Source: Azolla caroliniana (lineage: Eukaryota; Plantae; Polypodiophyta). From it: a DNA stretch of 64,000 nt. Shown piece by piece: positions 50,187 to 62,008 of the stretch; position 1 is the first letter of the stretch, and the number at the start of each line of letters is the position of its first letter. The notes below the pieces were generated by a model. The model ran no database searches. It saw nothing but the letters and a program-made list of their open reading frames with translations, and was not told the origin of the DNA. A program made the translations under genes and the position numbers. Location of the stretch: positions 18,724,001 through 18,788,000 of the forward strand of contig JBHGNT010000003.1 in NCBI GenBank assembly GCA_043228905.1, written 5' to 3'.

Positions 50187-53100
50187 ATAAGGTCATGGGT
50201 TCGAGTCTTGCCATATCATGACACTATCCCCTCTTTAAAACGACGAGTGTAACGAGTTGTTTTGGATTGAGGACCCGGTTTGTCTGGATATTGATGATGG
50301 AAGTCTTCCAGAAGAGCACGAGCATTGGTGACATTCTCTATCGGTTCCCAAGTACACTCGCTGGGACTATATCCTAGCCAATCGACTAGATAGTAGAGCT
50401 TGTTGCGAACAAGCTTGGAATCAAGGATGGCGGCAACCTCGTACTCAGGTCCATCTTCAAGCTCGATCGTGGGTGGAGGCTGTGTAATACGTCCTGGGAT
50501 GGTGCTCTCTTGGTAGGGTTCGAGGAGAGAACTATGAAACACCGGATGTATCCGAAGTTGTGGAGGTAGATCAAGACGAAAAGCGACATCATTAATCTTT
50601 CCTATAATACGGAAAGGACCTAATCGCCGATAATCCAACTTCTCGCATGGGCGAGTAGTCTTGATGTGTCGTCGGAGTAGCCATACCCGATCTCCAATGT
50701 TAAAACTAGATGGGAGTCGATGACGATCTGCATAAACCTTGTGTGTTTGTTGAGCTTGTTGGAGATGAGTAGATAAATCCGCTTGTATCTTGCGTAACCT
50801 CTCCAAACGATCCTTTGCGCAAGGATTTGTGGACACCTCTGGGGTTTCAAGTACACACCACCGGGGGTGACATCCCGTATAAGCATAAAATGACGTAACT
50901 TTAGTGGATGTGTGGATAGAGTTGTTATAGGCAAATTCGGCGAAGTGGAGAATATCTGCCCAGTCATCCCGATGATACCTGAGAAAGCACCGCAGATACT
51001 GCTCCAGCGTTTGTTTGATTGGTTCGTTCGGCTTGGCCGTCGGTTTGTGGGTGGTAGCCGGAGGAGAGGTTACAAGTGACCTTGAGCATGTTAAAAAGGT
51101 GCTTCCAGAATTTTGACACGAACTAGGGTTCACAGTCGTTGATGATACTATCGGGAAGTCCATGATGCCGACATACTTCACACATGACAATTTCGGCAGT
51201 GTCTTCATTGGAGATCTCCTTAGTACATAGCAAGAAATGAGCCATCTTCGTATATCGATCGACCACCGTTAGAATCGCATTGAACCCCTTAGAGACTGGA
51301 AGATCTGTGATGAAGTAAGTCTAGAGCAATGGATTGCCTCGGCTTGCTTGGAATTGGTAATGGTTCTAATAAACCATATGGATGATGCCTTGGCATTTTC
51401 GCTCTGCAGCATGTATCACAAGTCCGAACAAAATCCTCGACAAATTGTCGCATACAGGGCCACCAGAATGATCGTTGTACTAAATGTAATGTTTTAGTAC
51501 TACCAAAATGCCTAGCTGTATATGTGTCATGACAGTTTTGTACTACTTGAAGGCGGCAAGAACCATTAGGAACATACAAAAGTTCTTTAAAGAATAGTAA
51601 TCCATCATGGTATTTGAATTGCTGATAGTCCGTACCTGGTGGTTGCGACTGTGAACACGACACTCGAGAGGGATCAATTTGTGCTAGTATAGCTTGGGCG
51701 AACGCATCTGTCTTCAAGTCTTCGCGTATGGTATCAATAACACGGGAATCCATGGGCACGTCAAAGATCTGTGTTGCTTATAGTCGTGCCGGTCCCAAGA
51801 TGACTTGTTTTTGGTTATCGAAAGCTGGCTCGCCGGGACGGGGTGCTAGATACGAACACCGTGATAATGCATCTGCCTTCCCTTGGTGCTTCCCCGGACG
51901 ATATGTAATTTTGAAGTCGAAACGCGTGAGGAAGTGGGTCTACCGAGCTTGACGTCGATTCAACACACGAGCATCCTAAAAGTAGGCAAGGTTGTTGTGG
52001 TCACTAAATATGGTGACCGGATGAGAGGATCCCTCCAGAAAATGCCTCCATTGCATAAAAGAATCCACTCCTTATCATGAATTTCGTAGTTGATTTCGGC
52101 GGCGTCAAACTTGCGTGAGTGAAAAGCCACAGGATGTAGCTTCTCATCATTCCCTTGTTGTGACAGAATGCTCCCCAATGCAAAATCCGATGCGTCAGCT
52201 TCGATAATGAATGGTTTTTCCGGATCGACATGAGCTAGAATTGGAGCCGATGTAAATGCCTTTTTAAGACTCTCGAAAGCCATGTCCGTTTCTTCAAACC
52301 AGATGAACGGTTGTCCCTTCCTGGTAAGTTGTGTGAGAGGTAGAACGATCTTTGAGTAATCTTGTATGAACTTCCAGTAAAAATTGGCAAAGCCTAGGAA
52401 GCATTGCACATCCCGCACCGAACGCGGAGTCTGCCATTCTACCACCGTTTTGACCTTATTTGGGTCCATGGAGATGCCTTCTGACGAAATGATGTAGCCA
52501 AGAAATTCCACTTGGTTGCACTCGAAACTACATTTTTCTAGCTTTGCATACAGACCATGTTCTCGAAGTCGTTTTAGTACTAATAGTACATGAGAATCAT
52601 GTTCTTCTTGGGTCTTTGAATAAACCAGTAGATCATCCAAATAGATGATCAACCAATCATCCAATAGATCTCGGAATATATCATTAGCCATGTGCTGGAA
52701 GACTGTCGACGCATTAGTGAGGCCGAATGGCATGACCGTATACTCGAAGTGCCCATATCTGGTGCGAAACGCGGTCTTCCATTCGTCTCCTGGTCGGATC
52801 CGTACGAGGTTATATGCTCCCCGCAAATCGATCTTCGTGAAGAACCTGGCACCATTGATCCGTTCTAAAAGAGTTGAGATAAGGGGAAGATCATACCTAT
52901 TCCTGATTGTAACCTTATTCAGGCCACGGTAATCTACAACGAGACGAAGCGATCCATCCTTTTTCTTGACGAAGAAAATGGGCGTGCCGGTTGGAGATTT
53001 CGAATGCCGAATGAAACCATTTTCCAAATTCTCCTCTATATAGGCCTGAAGGACTACCAGCTCGGTTGGTGACAAATTGTAGATCGGTCCCCATGGCAGC

Positions 53101-55434
53101 TCTTTTCCCGGTTGTAAATCGATGGGGCAATCGTACGGTCGATGATGAGGAAGTGTGTTGGCTTGTACTTTATCGAACACATCGGCGTAATGACGATACT
53201 TCTCGGGAAGTTGAACGGTGGATTCTTCTTTAATGGTGCTAGAGGGGTTTACTGATATTGCAAAGAGGAACATTTCCTCCTTGTGCCCTTCTTTACGCAA
53301 CTAACGTAGCGAAATGGTTGCCATCTTCTAAGTTGACCCTTGGGTTTGTCGACACCGGATTTCTCTTGTTCTCCAATCTATGTCTAGGTTATGTAACTCG
53401 AACCACGGTAATCCTAAAACTATGGGATGTTCTGGGATACTAATAATATTAAATGATACTACACATGCTAAGTTATCTAGGACAATATTAATGGGCTCTA
53501 ACTCTTCTATGATATTTCCGGAAGCAATGGGACGTCCATCAATGACTACTACAAAGGCTGGACACTGGAGTTTTCTTAGGGATATCTTATGAGCTTGAGC
53601 AAATTTCTTATCCATAAAGCAAGAGTTAACTCCGGAATCTAGGAGTGCTAGGACATGTACTGGAGGGGTACTTTTAGTACTAACTATTACTGGGCTACGA
53701 ACACATCACTAACTTGCTTAGAGGGAATGGAACCACTAATGGGCTGCACAGATCTAGGGCTGTCCAACCAAACGGCTCCTATTTTGGCTGGACTTAGTTG
53801 TTTAACTCTTCTTCTAACTGACTAAGGACATCAAATTTGTTTGCTAGATTTGGGCTATTAGTACTATTAGGACTATCAGATATCCCTACTGAATTAGGCT
53901 CGGGTTTAGTACAACTAGAACTAGCGACTATTTGGTTTACCTGTCTTCTTGGCCTATGGGGGCAATTTATTGCGATATGTCCTGGTCCACCGCAGTAAAG
54001 ACATAGTCGATTTGTACGGCGTCGCTGCTTTTCTTCTTCGGATAATGGCCCTCGACGACGTGTAGTGTCAATCTCCATCGGAGTCGGAGTATTCGCTAGA
54101 GGCGCATTATATGACTCCCTCGGAAAAGGTCTTGCTACCACTGACGCGTAGGTGGGCTCTGATCTTGCCCTCGGCATCTGTAGTTGTCGTTTCGAACGTC
54201 GCTCAAAGAGGCGGTTGTCACATCTCACCGCGCGACTGATTGCTTCTCTTAAGGACTTTGGCTCTTCGGGGAAGGTCAAGAGTAAATCCTTGACGTTGTT
54301 GCGTAAACCATAATGGAATTGCTCCATCAACACTTGATCATCCCAAGGGATATTGGCGGCGCGTAGGCGAAAATCTGCAGCGTATGCGGAGGTTGGACGG
54401 TCACCTTGGCGTAATCGCCGAATTTTGTTGATTGCGGTCCTGATGCTGTCAGTATCTTCGAAACATGCTTTAAACTCACCTAGAAACTCTTCAAAATTGT
54501 TGAGTGATAGAGATTCCTTTTCTAATAGTGGAGCGAACCATGCCAATGCTGAGCCACTTAACAAAGTGTCTACTAAACCCCCTCGTGATGCATCAGTGGG
54601 ATATTGGGAAGGATGCATTTGAATAACTAACTGTACCTAGTTAAGGAACCCTCTAAACTGCGATCGCGTTCCATCGAACTTCGTGGGAAGGCCAATCTTG
54701 GGTTCTTTATGAATCCCTTGTGTTCCGGGCCCTTCTTGTTGCATCACTATTGGTTGCTTCGAGTTGTTGCACGCGTAACGCAAGTTCCCCATGCTGTTGT
54801 TGCGTTTGCTGCTTTTCTAAGGAGATTTGCTGAAGATCCCCCAACAACCGTTGGTTTTCTTGTTCCAAAGCATGGAACTTCTCTTTCAAGCATTGAAATT
54901 CCGAGAAAACAGATTGATATTCTTCAGCGCTAACAGTGGCCATGGGATGAAAGAAAAGAAGAATAAGAGATTAGTAGGAAATGAGAGAGACAGAAGGTAG
55001 AAAAATCAGTTCAAACTGTCAGGAACAATACTAAGACAGAGAAGGAATTAGTACTAAAAGAAGTATTAGTACTAAGAGAGGTGAAGAACTCTCGAGAGAA
55101 GGAGAGAGAGAGTGAGAGGGAGAGAGAGAGAGAGAGAGAGAGTGATGATAAGAAAAGATATATTTTATGTGAAGAAAATGTACAGTAGCTAGGAGGCTTA
55201 AGACTGGCGTTGAACCGATTTGGTTCGAAATAATGCCTTGTGCCTCCTTTTATAGTGTTCTAAGGAATACTCCTGAAGCTTCTAGAATGTTCCAGAGAAA
55301 TCTGGAATATACATCAATTTTCTATAATAAAACATGAAAATAATATTCTACGTATTACAATGTATAGTCTAATGGTCAAGAGCTCGACCCATGTAGCATA
55401 AGGTCATGGGTTCGAGTCTTGCCATATCATGACA
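50187..55434 (-). mobile_element. Ty3/gypsy chromovirus 1 (Tcn1-like, inferred), defective, 3' LTR truncated to 37 bp
   Basis: 5' LTR at 55017-55434. Gag from ATG 54943 to 53794 with CLYCGGPGHIAINC. PR LLDSG. RT YLDD. RH ADASD. INT with GPF motif and chromodomain YEVAAILD...YLVDWLGY...TWEP. PPT at 50240-50224. LTR remnant at 50187-50223. Confidence 0.96.
55358..55430 (+). promoter_or_regulatory. tRNA-like A-box/B-box (Pol III type 2) module at the U3 end of the chromovirus 1 LTR, antisense to the element
   Basis: A-box TAGTCTAATGG at 55365. AGGTC variable-loop-like motif. B-box GTTCGAGTC begins at 55410, 45 nt after the A-box start as in tRNA genes. No intact anticodon stem. Confidence 0.65.
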
Positions 55435-56488
55435 AACACCGGAGATGAGAGCACCGACACGGATGTCGGGGAAGCAACGTACCTTTTCGAAAGGGTACGC
55501 GGAGCGAAGCGGAGTGTGAGACGTGCGATGTGGCCGCGTAAGGGCCGAGCGACGAGCACGAGGATGATCGACGACGAAGTCCAGCGCGCGATAGTGCCGA
55601 GTCAAGGAAGCTGCTGAGGCAAGACAAGCGTGGATGAAGAGCACATGGTGCGATATTCGGAAAACAGTTGGGAAGAACGAGGATTCGGTCCAAGTTCGCG
55701 TACGGAAAACGAAGGAAGACAAAGAGAGGTTTGCGAAGGCCGGGTCTGGCGGACCGAGCGGAGACAGTGGTTTCGGCGAACTCCGTCGAGTATGGTGGAT
55801 CGGATGGAGTCGACGATTCGAGAGCAAACGACGGATATGGCGGATCAGGAGGCTACGATGGTCCATGTGGGATGGATGGGCTTGCTTGAAGTGGAAGACG
55901 AAGTCGGGCAAAGCTGACAACGACGCTAAGGACTCGGTTGACCGTCATGGCCGAAAATGTCACCTCTTTCCCCTTCTTGGCACATACCGGTGGATGTGCG
56001 GTTTGGTGGGGGCAGATGTCGTGAAGATTTTCAACTATAGGCGGAAACCGGGGTGGAAAGGGCAAGTCGGTGGTGTGCAACATGTGCACACGTATACTAG
56101 GAAATGGTGTATAGAAATAAGAGGGGAAATTTTATCCCACATTGTAAGGTCCCTCCCTCCTTGGGCTATAAAAGGAAGGGAGGGGTCACTTATGAAGGGG
56201 TTGCCTATTTTGCGTATGAGAGGTATACCACTTAGTCTAGAGTTCTTACCGTTTTAGGGTTAGGGTTTCGTTTAGGGTTTTCCTTATTCATCTTCGGTTA
56301 GGGTTTTCTCATAGTCGTTTGGTGCGGCCCATGCGGCCACCATTGTTGTAATCATTTGTTTGTTTTAATATATCTTGCTGAGTATATTACCTCCGCCGAT
56401 CTCTCCTTCTATGTCGTGATCTTATTCTTTCTTCTTCTCCTCTTGAGCTAAGCTTCCAAACATATTCTTATTCTTTCTCCTCTACTCC

Positions 56489-59400
56489 CTAAGCGTCCAC
56501 AAGTTGTACAGAAGGCGGTGGTGGCACGATACGATTAGGAATTAAAGAGGTGCGGCAAGGTTCCAAAAGAGAGCTATGAAAGACAGGGTGAAGCCGCATA
56601 TGTGCAGGAAGGTTAAGACGAAATGTTGCATCATTAATCTGCGTCGTGATGACAAAAGGACCTAAGCGTTGATAGTCAAGCTTAGCACACGGTCGGGTAG
56701 TCTTGATGTGACGACGAAGCAACCATACACGGTCACCAACCTTAAACAGAGACTTAAGATGATGTCAATCGGCATTGGTCTTATGGTGTGCTTGCGCTTT
56801 CTGAAGATGTGACGATAACTCGAACTGGATTTGTTGTAGTCGGTGGAGGTGATGCGCCGCAGTAGGGTTTCGTGACACCCCGGGAAAATCCAGTATACAC
56901 CATCGAGGGTGGTTGCCAGTGTAGGCAAAGAAAGGTGTAACTTTGGTAGAAGAGTGGACCGTGTTGTTGTATGCAAACTCGGCAAGATGTAAAATATTAC
57001 TCCAATCATCTTGTTGATAACTAATGAAACATCAAAGATATTGCTCGAGCGTTTGATTTGTGCGCTTTGTTTGTCCGTCATTTTGTGGATGATAAGCCGA
57101 AGAGAGTTTGCAAGAGATTTTGAGGCCTTCCCATAGGTGCTTCCAAAAGTGTGAGATAAATTGAGGACCTCGATCGCTAATAATATCATTCGGGAGACCA
57201 TGATGGCGAAACACTTCACGCATAATGAGATCTTCAGTTTCTTCACTATTGATGGTCTTTACACATGGTACAAAATGTGCCATCTTGGTGAACCGATCCA
57301 CTACTGTTAAAATAGTATCAAAGCCTTTGGAAGGTGGCAGATTCGTAATGAAATCCATAGAAATAGACTGCCATGGCTTGTTGGGAGGGGGTAATGGTTG
57401 TAGTAAGCCATAAGGGTGATGCCGAGGTATTTTGGCGCGACAACAAGTGTCAGAAGTGCGAACATAATATTCGACAAATTTTTGCAAGTGAGGCCACCAA
57501 AACGAACGTTTCACCAACTCAATGGTCTTGGAAATACCAAAATGTCTAGCCATGGGGGCATCATGACAATGTTCCAACACTTGAAGTCGGGGTGATCCGT
57601 CGGGGACGTAAAGGAGATTCTTGTAGAAGAGTAAGCCATCTTGCCACTTGAAGTCCTGATAATGTTGAGATGACCTTGGCAATGTGGAGCAAGATGGACG
57701 ACTTGAACCACAATGGGCTAAGACATCCTTAGCGAAATCATTTGAATGAAGTTGTTGCCGAATAGTGTAAAGAAGGGTAGAATCAAGTGGCGTGGCATAA
57801 AGTGTTGTTACCTGTAGCTTTGATGGCCCGAGGAGAATTTGCTTTTGATTGTCAAAGGCAGGATCTCCAAGTCGAAGTGCTAGATACGAACACCGAGACA
57901 AAGCATCTGCTTTCCCTTGGTGTTTTCCAGGGCGAAAAATGATCTTGAAATCGAAATGCGTTAGAAATTGGGCCCACCGAGCTTGGCGTCTATTTAATAC
58001 TCGAGCTGTTTGAAAATATGTGAGATTTTTGTGATCACAATAAATGATAATCTGATGAGGTGATCCTTCTAGAAAATGACGCCGTTGCTCAAATGAGTCG
58101 ACCACAGCTAGTAACTCCTTGTCATGCACTTCATAGTTTATCTCCGAAACAGAAAATTTTCTCGAGTGAAACGCAACAAGATGTGTCTGCCTGTCCTCAC
58201 CTGGTTGCGATAGGATACTCCCCAATGCAAAGTCCGATGCATCTGCCTCAATAGTAAATGGCTTTTCAGGATCAATATGTGCTAGGATGCGTGCTGATGT
58301 GAATGCCTCTTTCAACTGCGTAAAAGCCTTGTCCGCTTCGATACTCCGAAAAAATGCTTGATTTTTCTTGGTGAGTTGAGTAAGGGGCAACACAATGCTT
58401 GAATAATTATGTATGAATTTGCGATAGAAGTTCGCAAATCTGAGGAAACACTGGACATCCTGAACTGAGCATGGGGGTTTCCATTCCAATATTGTTTGGA
58501 CTTTTGCCGGGTTCATGAAAACACCTTGGGATGAAATAGTGTATCCCAAAAATTCAACTTGTTTGCAATCAAAACTACATTTCTCAAGTTTGGCATAAAG
58601 ACCATACTTCCTTAGGCGTTCAAGTACTTGCCGCACATGCATATCATGCTCCCCCTGTGTTTTAGAGTAAATCAATAGATTATCTAGGTACATGATTAGA
58701 AAAATATCCAAGAAATCCCGGAAGATGTCATTTGCCATATGTTGGAATACTGCAGGTGCATTTGTGAGCCCGAAAGGCATGACTGTATACTCGAAATGAC
58801 CATATCGAGTACGAAATGCTGTTTTCCACTCATCTCCTGGCCGAATTCGAACAAAATTATATGCACCCCTTAGATCAATTTTGGTAAAATGCTTTGCCCC
58901 ACCAATGCGTTCTAAGAGATTGAAGATTAAAGGTAAAGCATACCTATTCCTTATGGTGACTTTATTTAAGCCTCGATAGTCCACGACCAAACGAAGGGAG
59001 TCGCCCTTTTTCTTCACAAAAAAGATAGGAGCACCAGCCAGAGACTTTGAATGTCGAATAAACCCATGTGCAAGATTTTCCTCGATGTATTCTCGAAGAA
59101 CCTCAAGCTCAATGGGTGATAAATTGTAAATCGGACCCCACGGTGGCTCTTTTCCTGGTTGGAGATCAATAGGACAGTCGTACGGTCGATGCTTTGGAAG
59201 AACACTAGCTTTGACTTTGTCGAAAACATCAACATAGTCTTGATATTTTTTGGGAATTTGGATGTCTGAATTCCCTTGAGTGACACTAGAAGGTGTCACT
59301 GATACTGCAAATAAGAAAAGCTCCTCCTTGCCTCCCACTTGGCACAATTGTTGTAATGTGATGGCTGAAATTTGATGAGAAGGATATGGTGCATCGGTAG

Positions 59401-61096
59401 AACTATATACTTTAGGAGGATAATCCTGAGTTCGATCCTTGACAATGATATTTTCTACTAAAGGGCACCTAATTTCTCGCTTCCTCCAATCGATTCTAGG
59501 GTTATGTAGCTCGAACCATGGCAAACCGAGGACAATTGGATGCTCAGGACTACGGATTATGTTAAAGAAAACTACACATCCTAAATCCCCCAAGAGTATG
59601 TGTATTGGCTCAAACTCTTCAAATATCTTCCCGGAAGCTATGGGGCGTCCATCAATCACTACTACGGAAACTGGACAAGGAAGTGTATGCAAGGATATTT
59701 GGTGTTTTTGGGCAAAATCTCTATCCATGAAACAAGAATTGGCTCCAGTATCTAAGAGGGCTTGGACTTGAAGTTGACAACTGGGTGTCCTAACTTGTAC
59801 TAGGGCTGAGAAGACTCTACTAACATGCTTGGAAGAAATGGAACCCACACTAGGTTGTACATATCTAGGGTTGTCCAACCAAATGGCTCCTATTTTGGCT
59901 AGACTTATTCGTTTGACTCCTCTTCTAATTGGCTTAGGACTTCAAATTTATTGGATAAGGGTGGATTATTCATAATATTAGATTCACTAACTGCTTCTAA
60001 AATGTTGGACTCATTTTTATTGTCATAGTGAATTTGATTTACCTGACGTCTCGGCCTACGGGAGCAATGAATGGCTATATGTCCTGGACCTCCGCAATAT
60101 AAGCATAGATGGTTTGCTCGACAACGTTGCTTCTCTTTATCTGACAACGATCCTCGTCATTGAGTCATATCGATCTCCATGGGTGTAGGACTATCCATTG
60201 GGACTGGACTACGTGTTTGCCTTGGAATTGGAGCAAGGCTATACATTTGCCTTGGGAATGATTGCGCCGTTACTGATGCATAAGTTGGTGTGAATCTTGA
60301 TCTTGTTATTTGTTGTTGTCACTCACATCGACGCTCAAAAAGACGATTATCACACCGTATTGCTCGACTAATAGCTTTTGTAAGTGACCTTGGATCCTCG
60401 AGAAAGGTAAGAAGTAAGTCTTTGACATCACTACGAAGGCCTGAACAGAATTGCTCCATTAGGGCTTGTTCATCCCAAGGAATATCGCTTGCGATGAGAC
60501 GGAAATTGGCAGCATATGTTGAAGCTGGTTGATCACCTTGACGAAGTGTACGAATCTTGTTGATAGCTGTTCTCGCCCCATTAGTATCTCCGAAACAAGC
60601 CTTAAATTCCTTGATAAATTCCTTGAAATTATTCAGTAGAGGAGAATTGGTCTCTAGCAATGGAGCAAACCACGACAACGCTATGCCAGTCAATAAGGTG
60701 CCCACTAGCCCGACTCGTGATGCATCTGTTGGATAACGCACAGGATGCATTTGAATCACCAACCATACTTGATTCAAGAAACCTCGGAAATGCGCCCTCG
60801 ACCCATCAAATTTAGCTGGGAGGCTAATTTTGGGCTCCTTGATAAGTCCATGACCTTCAACCCTTTGTTGTTGTAACACTACGATTGTTGACTCTAACTG
60901 TTGCACTCGTCGCGTGAACTCCTCTTGTTGTTGTTGCTTCTCTATAGTAACCTTTTGTAGATCCCCAAGTAGACGTTGATTCTCTACTTCAAGAGATGCG
61001 AACTTGGATTTAAGGTTCTCCATTTCTGCAACAAGGGTGAGATATTCTTCTGAGTTAATGGCAGCCATGGTTTCAGGATGGTTACAAAGGAGGATA

Positions 61097-61127
<31 letters not shown>

Positions 61128-61569
61128 GAATCAAACTGTCAGAACCAAGGATAAAAGATAGAGTGATGGAAGAAGGATATTAGAGAACACGAGAAGAAAG
61201 GAACGAAATACTAAGAGAAGAATGGATGTATAAGATAGAGAAAGAAAGAGAATGGATACAAGATATGTAATGAGAGCTAAAGACTGGTGTTGATTCGAAT
61301 TGATTTGAGAATACATGTATGCCCTTATTTATAGGTTCCTATAGAATAGCTTAGAGATTTCTAGAATGTTCTAGAACGTTTTAGACCTAGAATGCTCTAG
61401 GACATTTTAGAATAATCTAGAGGTTTTACAATAATCAATGTAATACAAGAAGTAGCTTTATTATTTCATATAACAATAAGCTATCTTAATGGTTGAGGTT
61501 TTCAAGTATGGATTACAAGGTTCGAGGTTCAAGTCCGGGTGACGCCATAATGGTCATGTGTTCATGACA
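56489..61569 (-). mobile_element. Ty3/gypsy chromovirus 2 (related family); chromodomain and 3' LTR deleted
   Basis: 5' LTR at 61137-61569. Gag from ATG 61068 with a zinc knuckle. 948-aa pol ORF at 57032-59878 (LDTG, YLDN, ADASD, HHCC, ISDRG). GPF motif at about 56660. Confidence 0.96.
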
Positions 61570-61943
61570 GCTATAAGTCGAATCGGTTGGCCGAGTCGAC
61601 TGGAGGTTGATAGGTCGCCAGTAGCTATATACCTATTTTAAATAGGTATATTATGTCAAGAGTATGCAGAATATTGCTCGGCCACAACCGAGTCTTAGAA
61701 TCAACCACAGAAAGATGGGAATAGTAAGAAATTGGGCGTATACACACAAACAAAAAAAAAACAAGGGGCAAGAGAAAGTATACAAGATGTTTACGTGGAA
61801 AACCCTAAATGGGAAAAACCACAGGAGCCCACTAGCTCCAACTATCACTATGTGGGAGGAAGACAACAGGAGGAGCACAAAGGCAACAACCTCGTGCTCT
61901 CAATCTTTGCCTGATGGCAATTACAACAGAGACACACTCTGTA

Positions 61944-62008
<65 letters not shown>

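Larger units (their letters stand above)
46906..56488 (+). mobile_element. Non-autonomous Gypsy-type LTR element with a tRNA-Trp PBS; hosts chromovirus 1
   Basis: 5' LTR at 46906-47436 and truncated 3' LTR at 56017-56488, with about 10 substitutions. PBS TGGTGAACCCGACGTGAA at 47441-47458. PPT TTTGGTGGGGGCAGA before 56017. Gag-like start, then a GC-rich repetitive interior with no pol. Confidence 0.9.

Noticed and set aside
48015-50221. Many overlapping 60-190 aa ORFs on both strands
   Set aside because: Expected from GC-rich, stop-poor repetitive sequence. No recognisable domains.
55358-55430. Functional tRNA genes at the A/B-box modules (also 1825, 2042, 40252, 40725, 61482)
   Set aside because: Acceptor and anticodon stems do not pair. 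Reported only as tRNA-like promoter modules.
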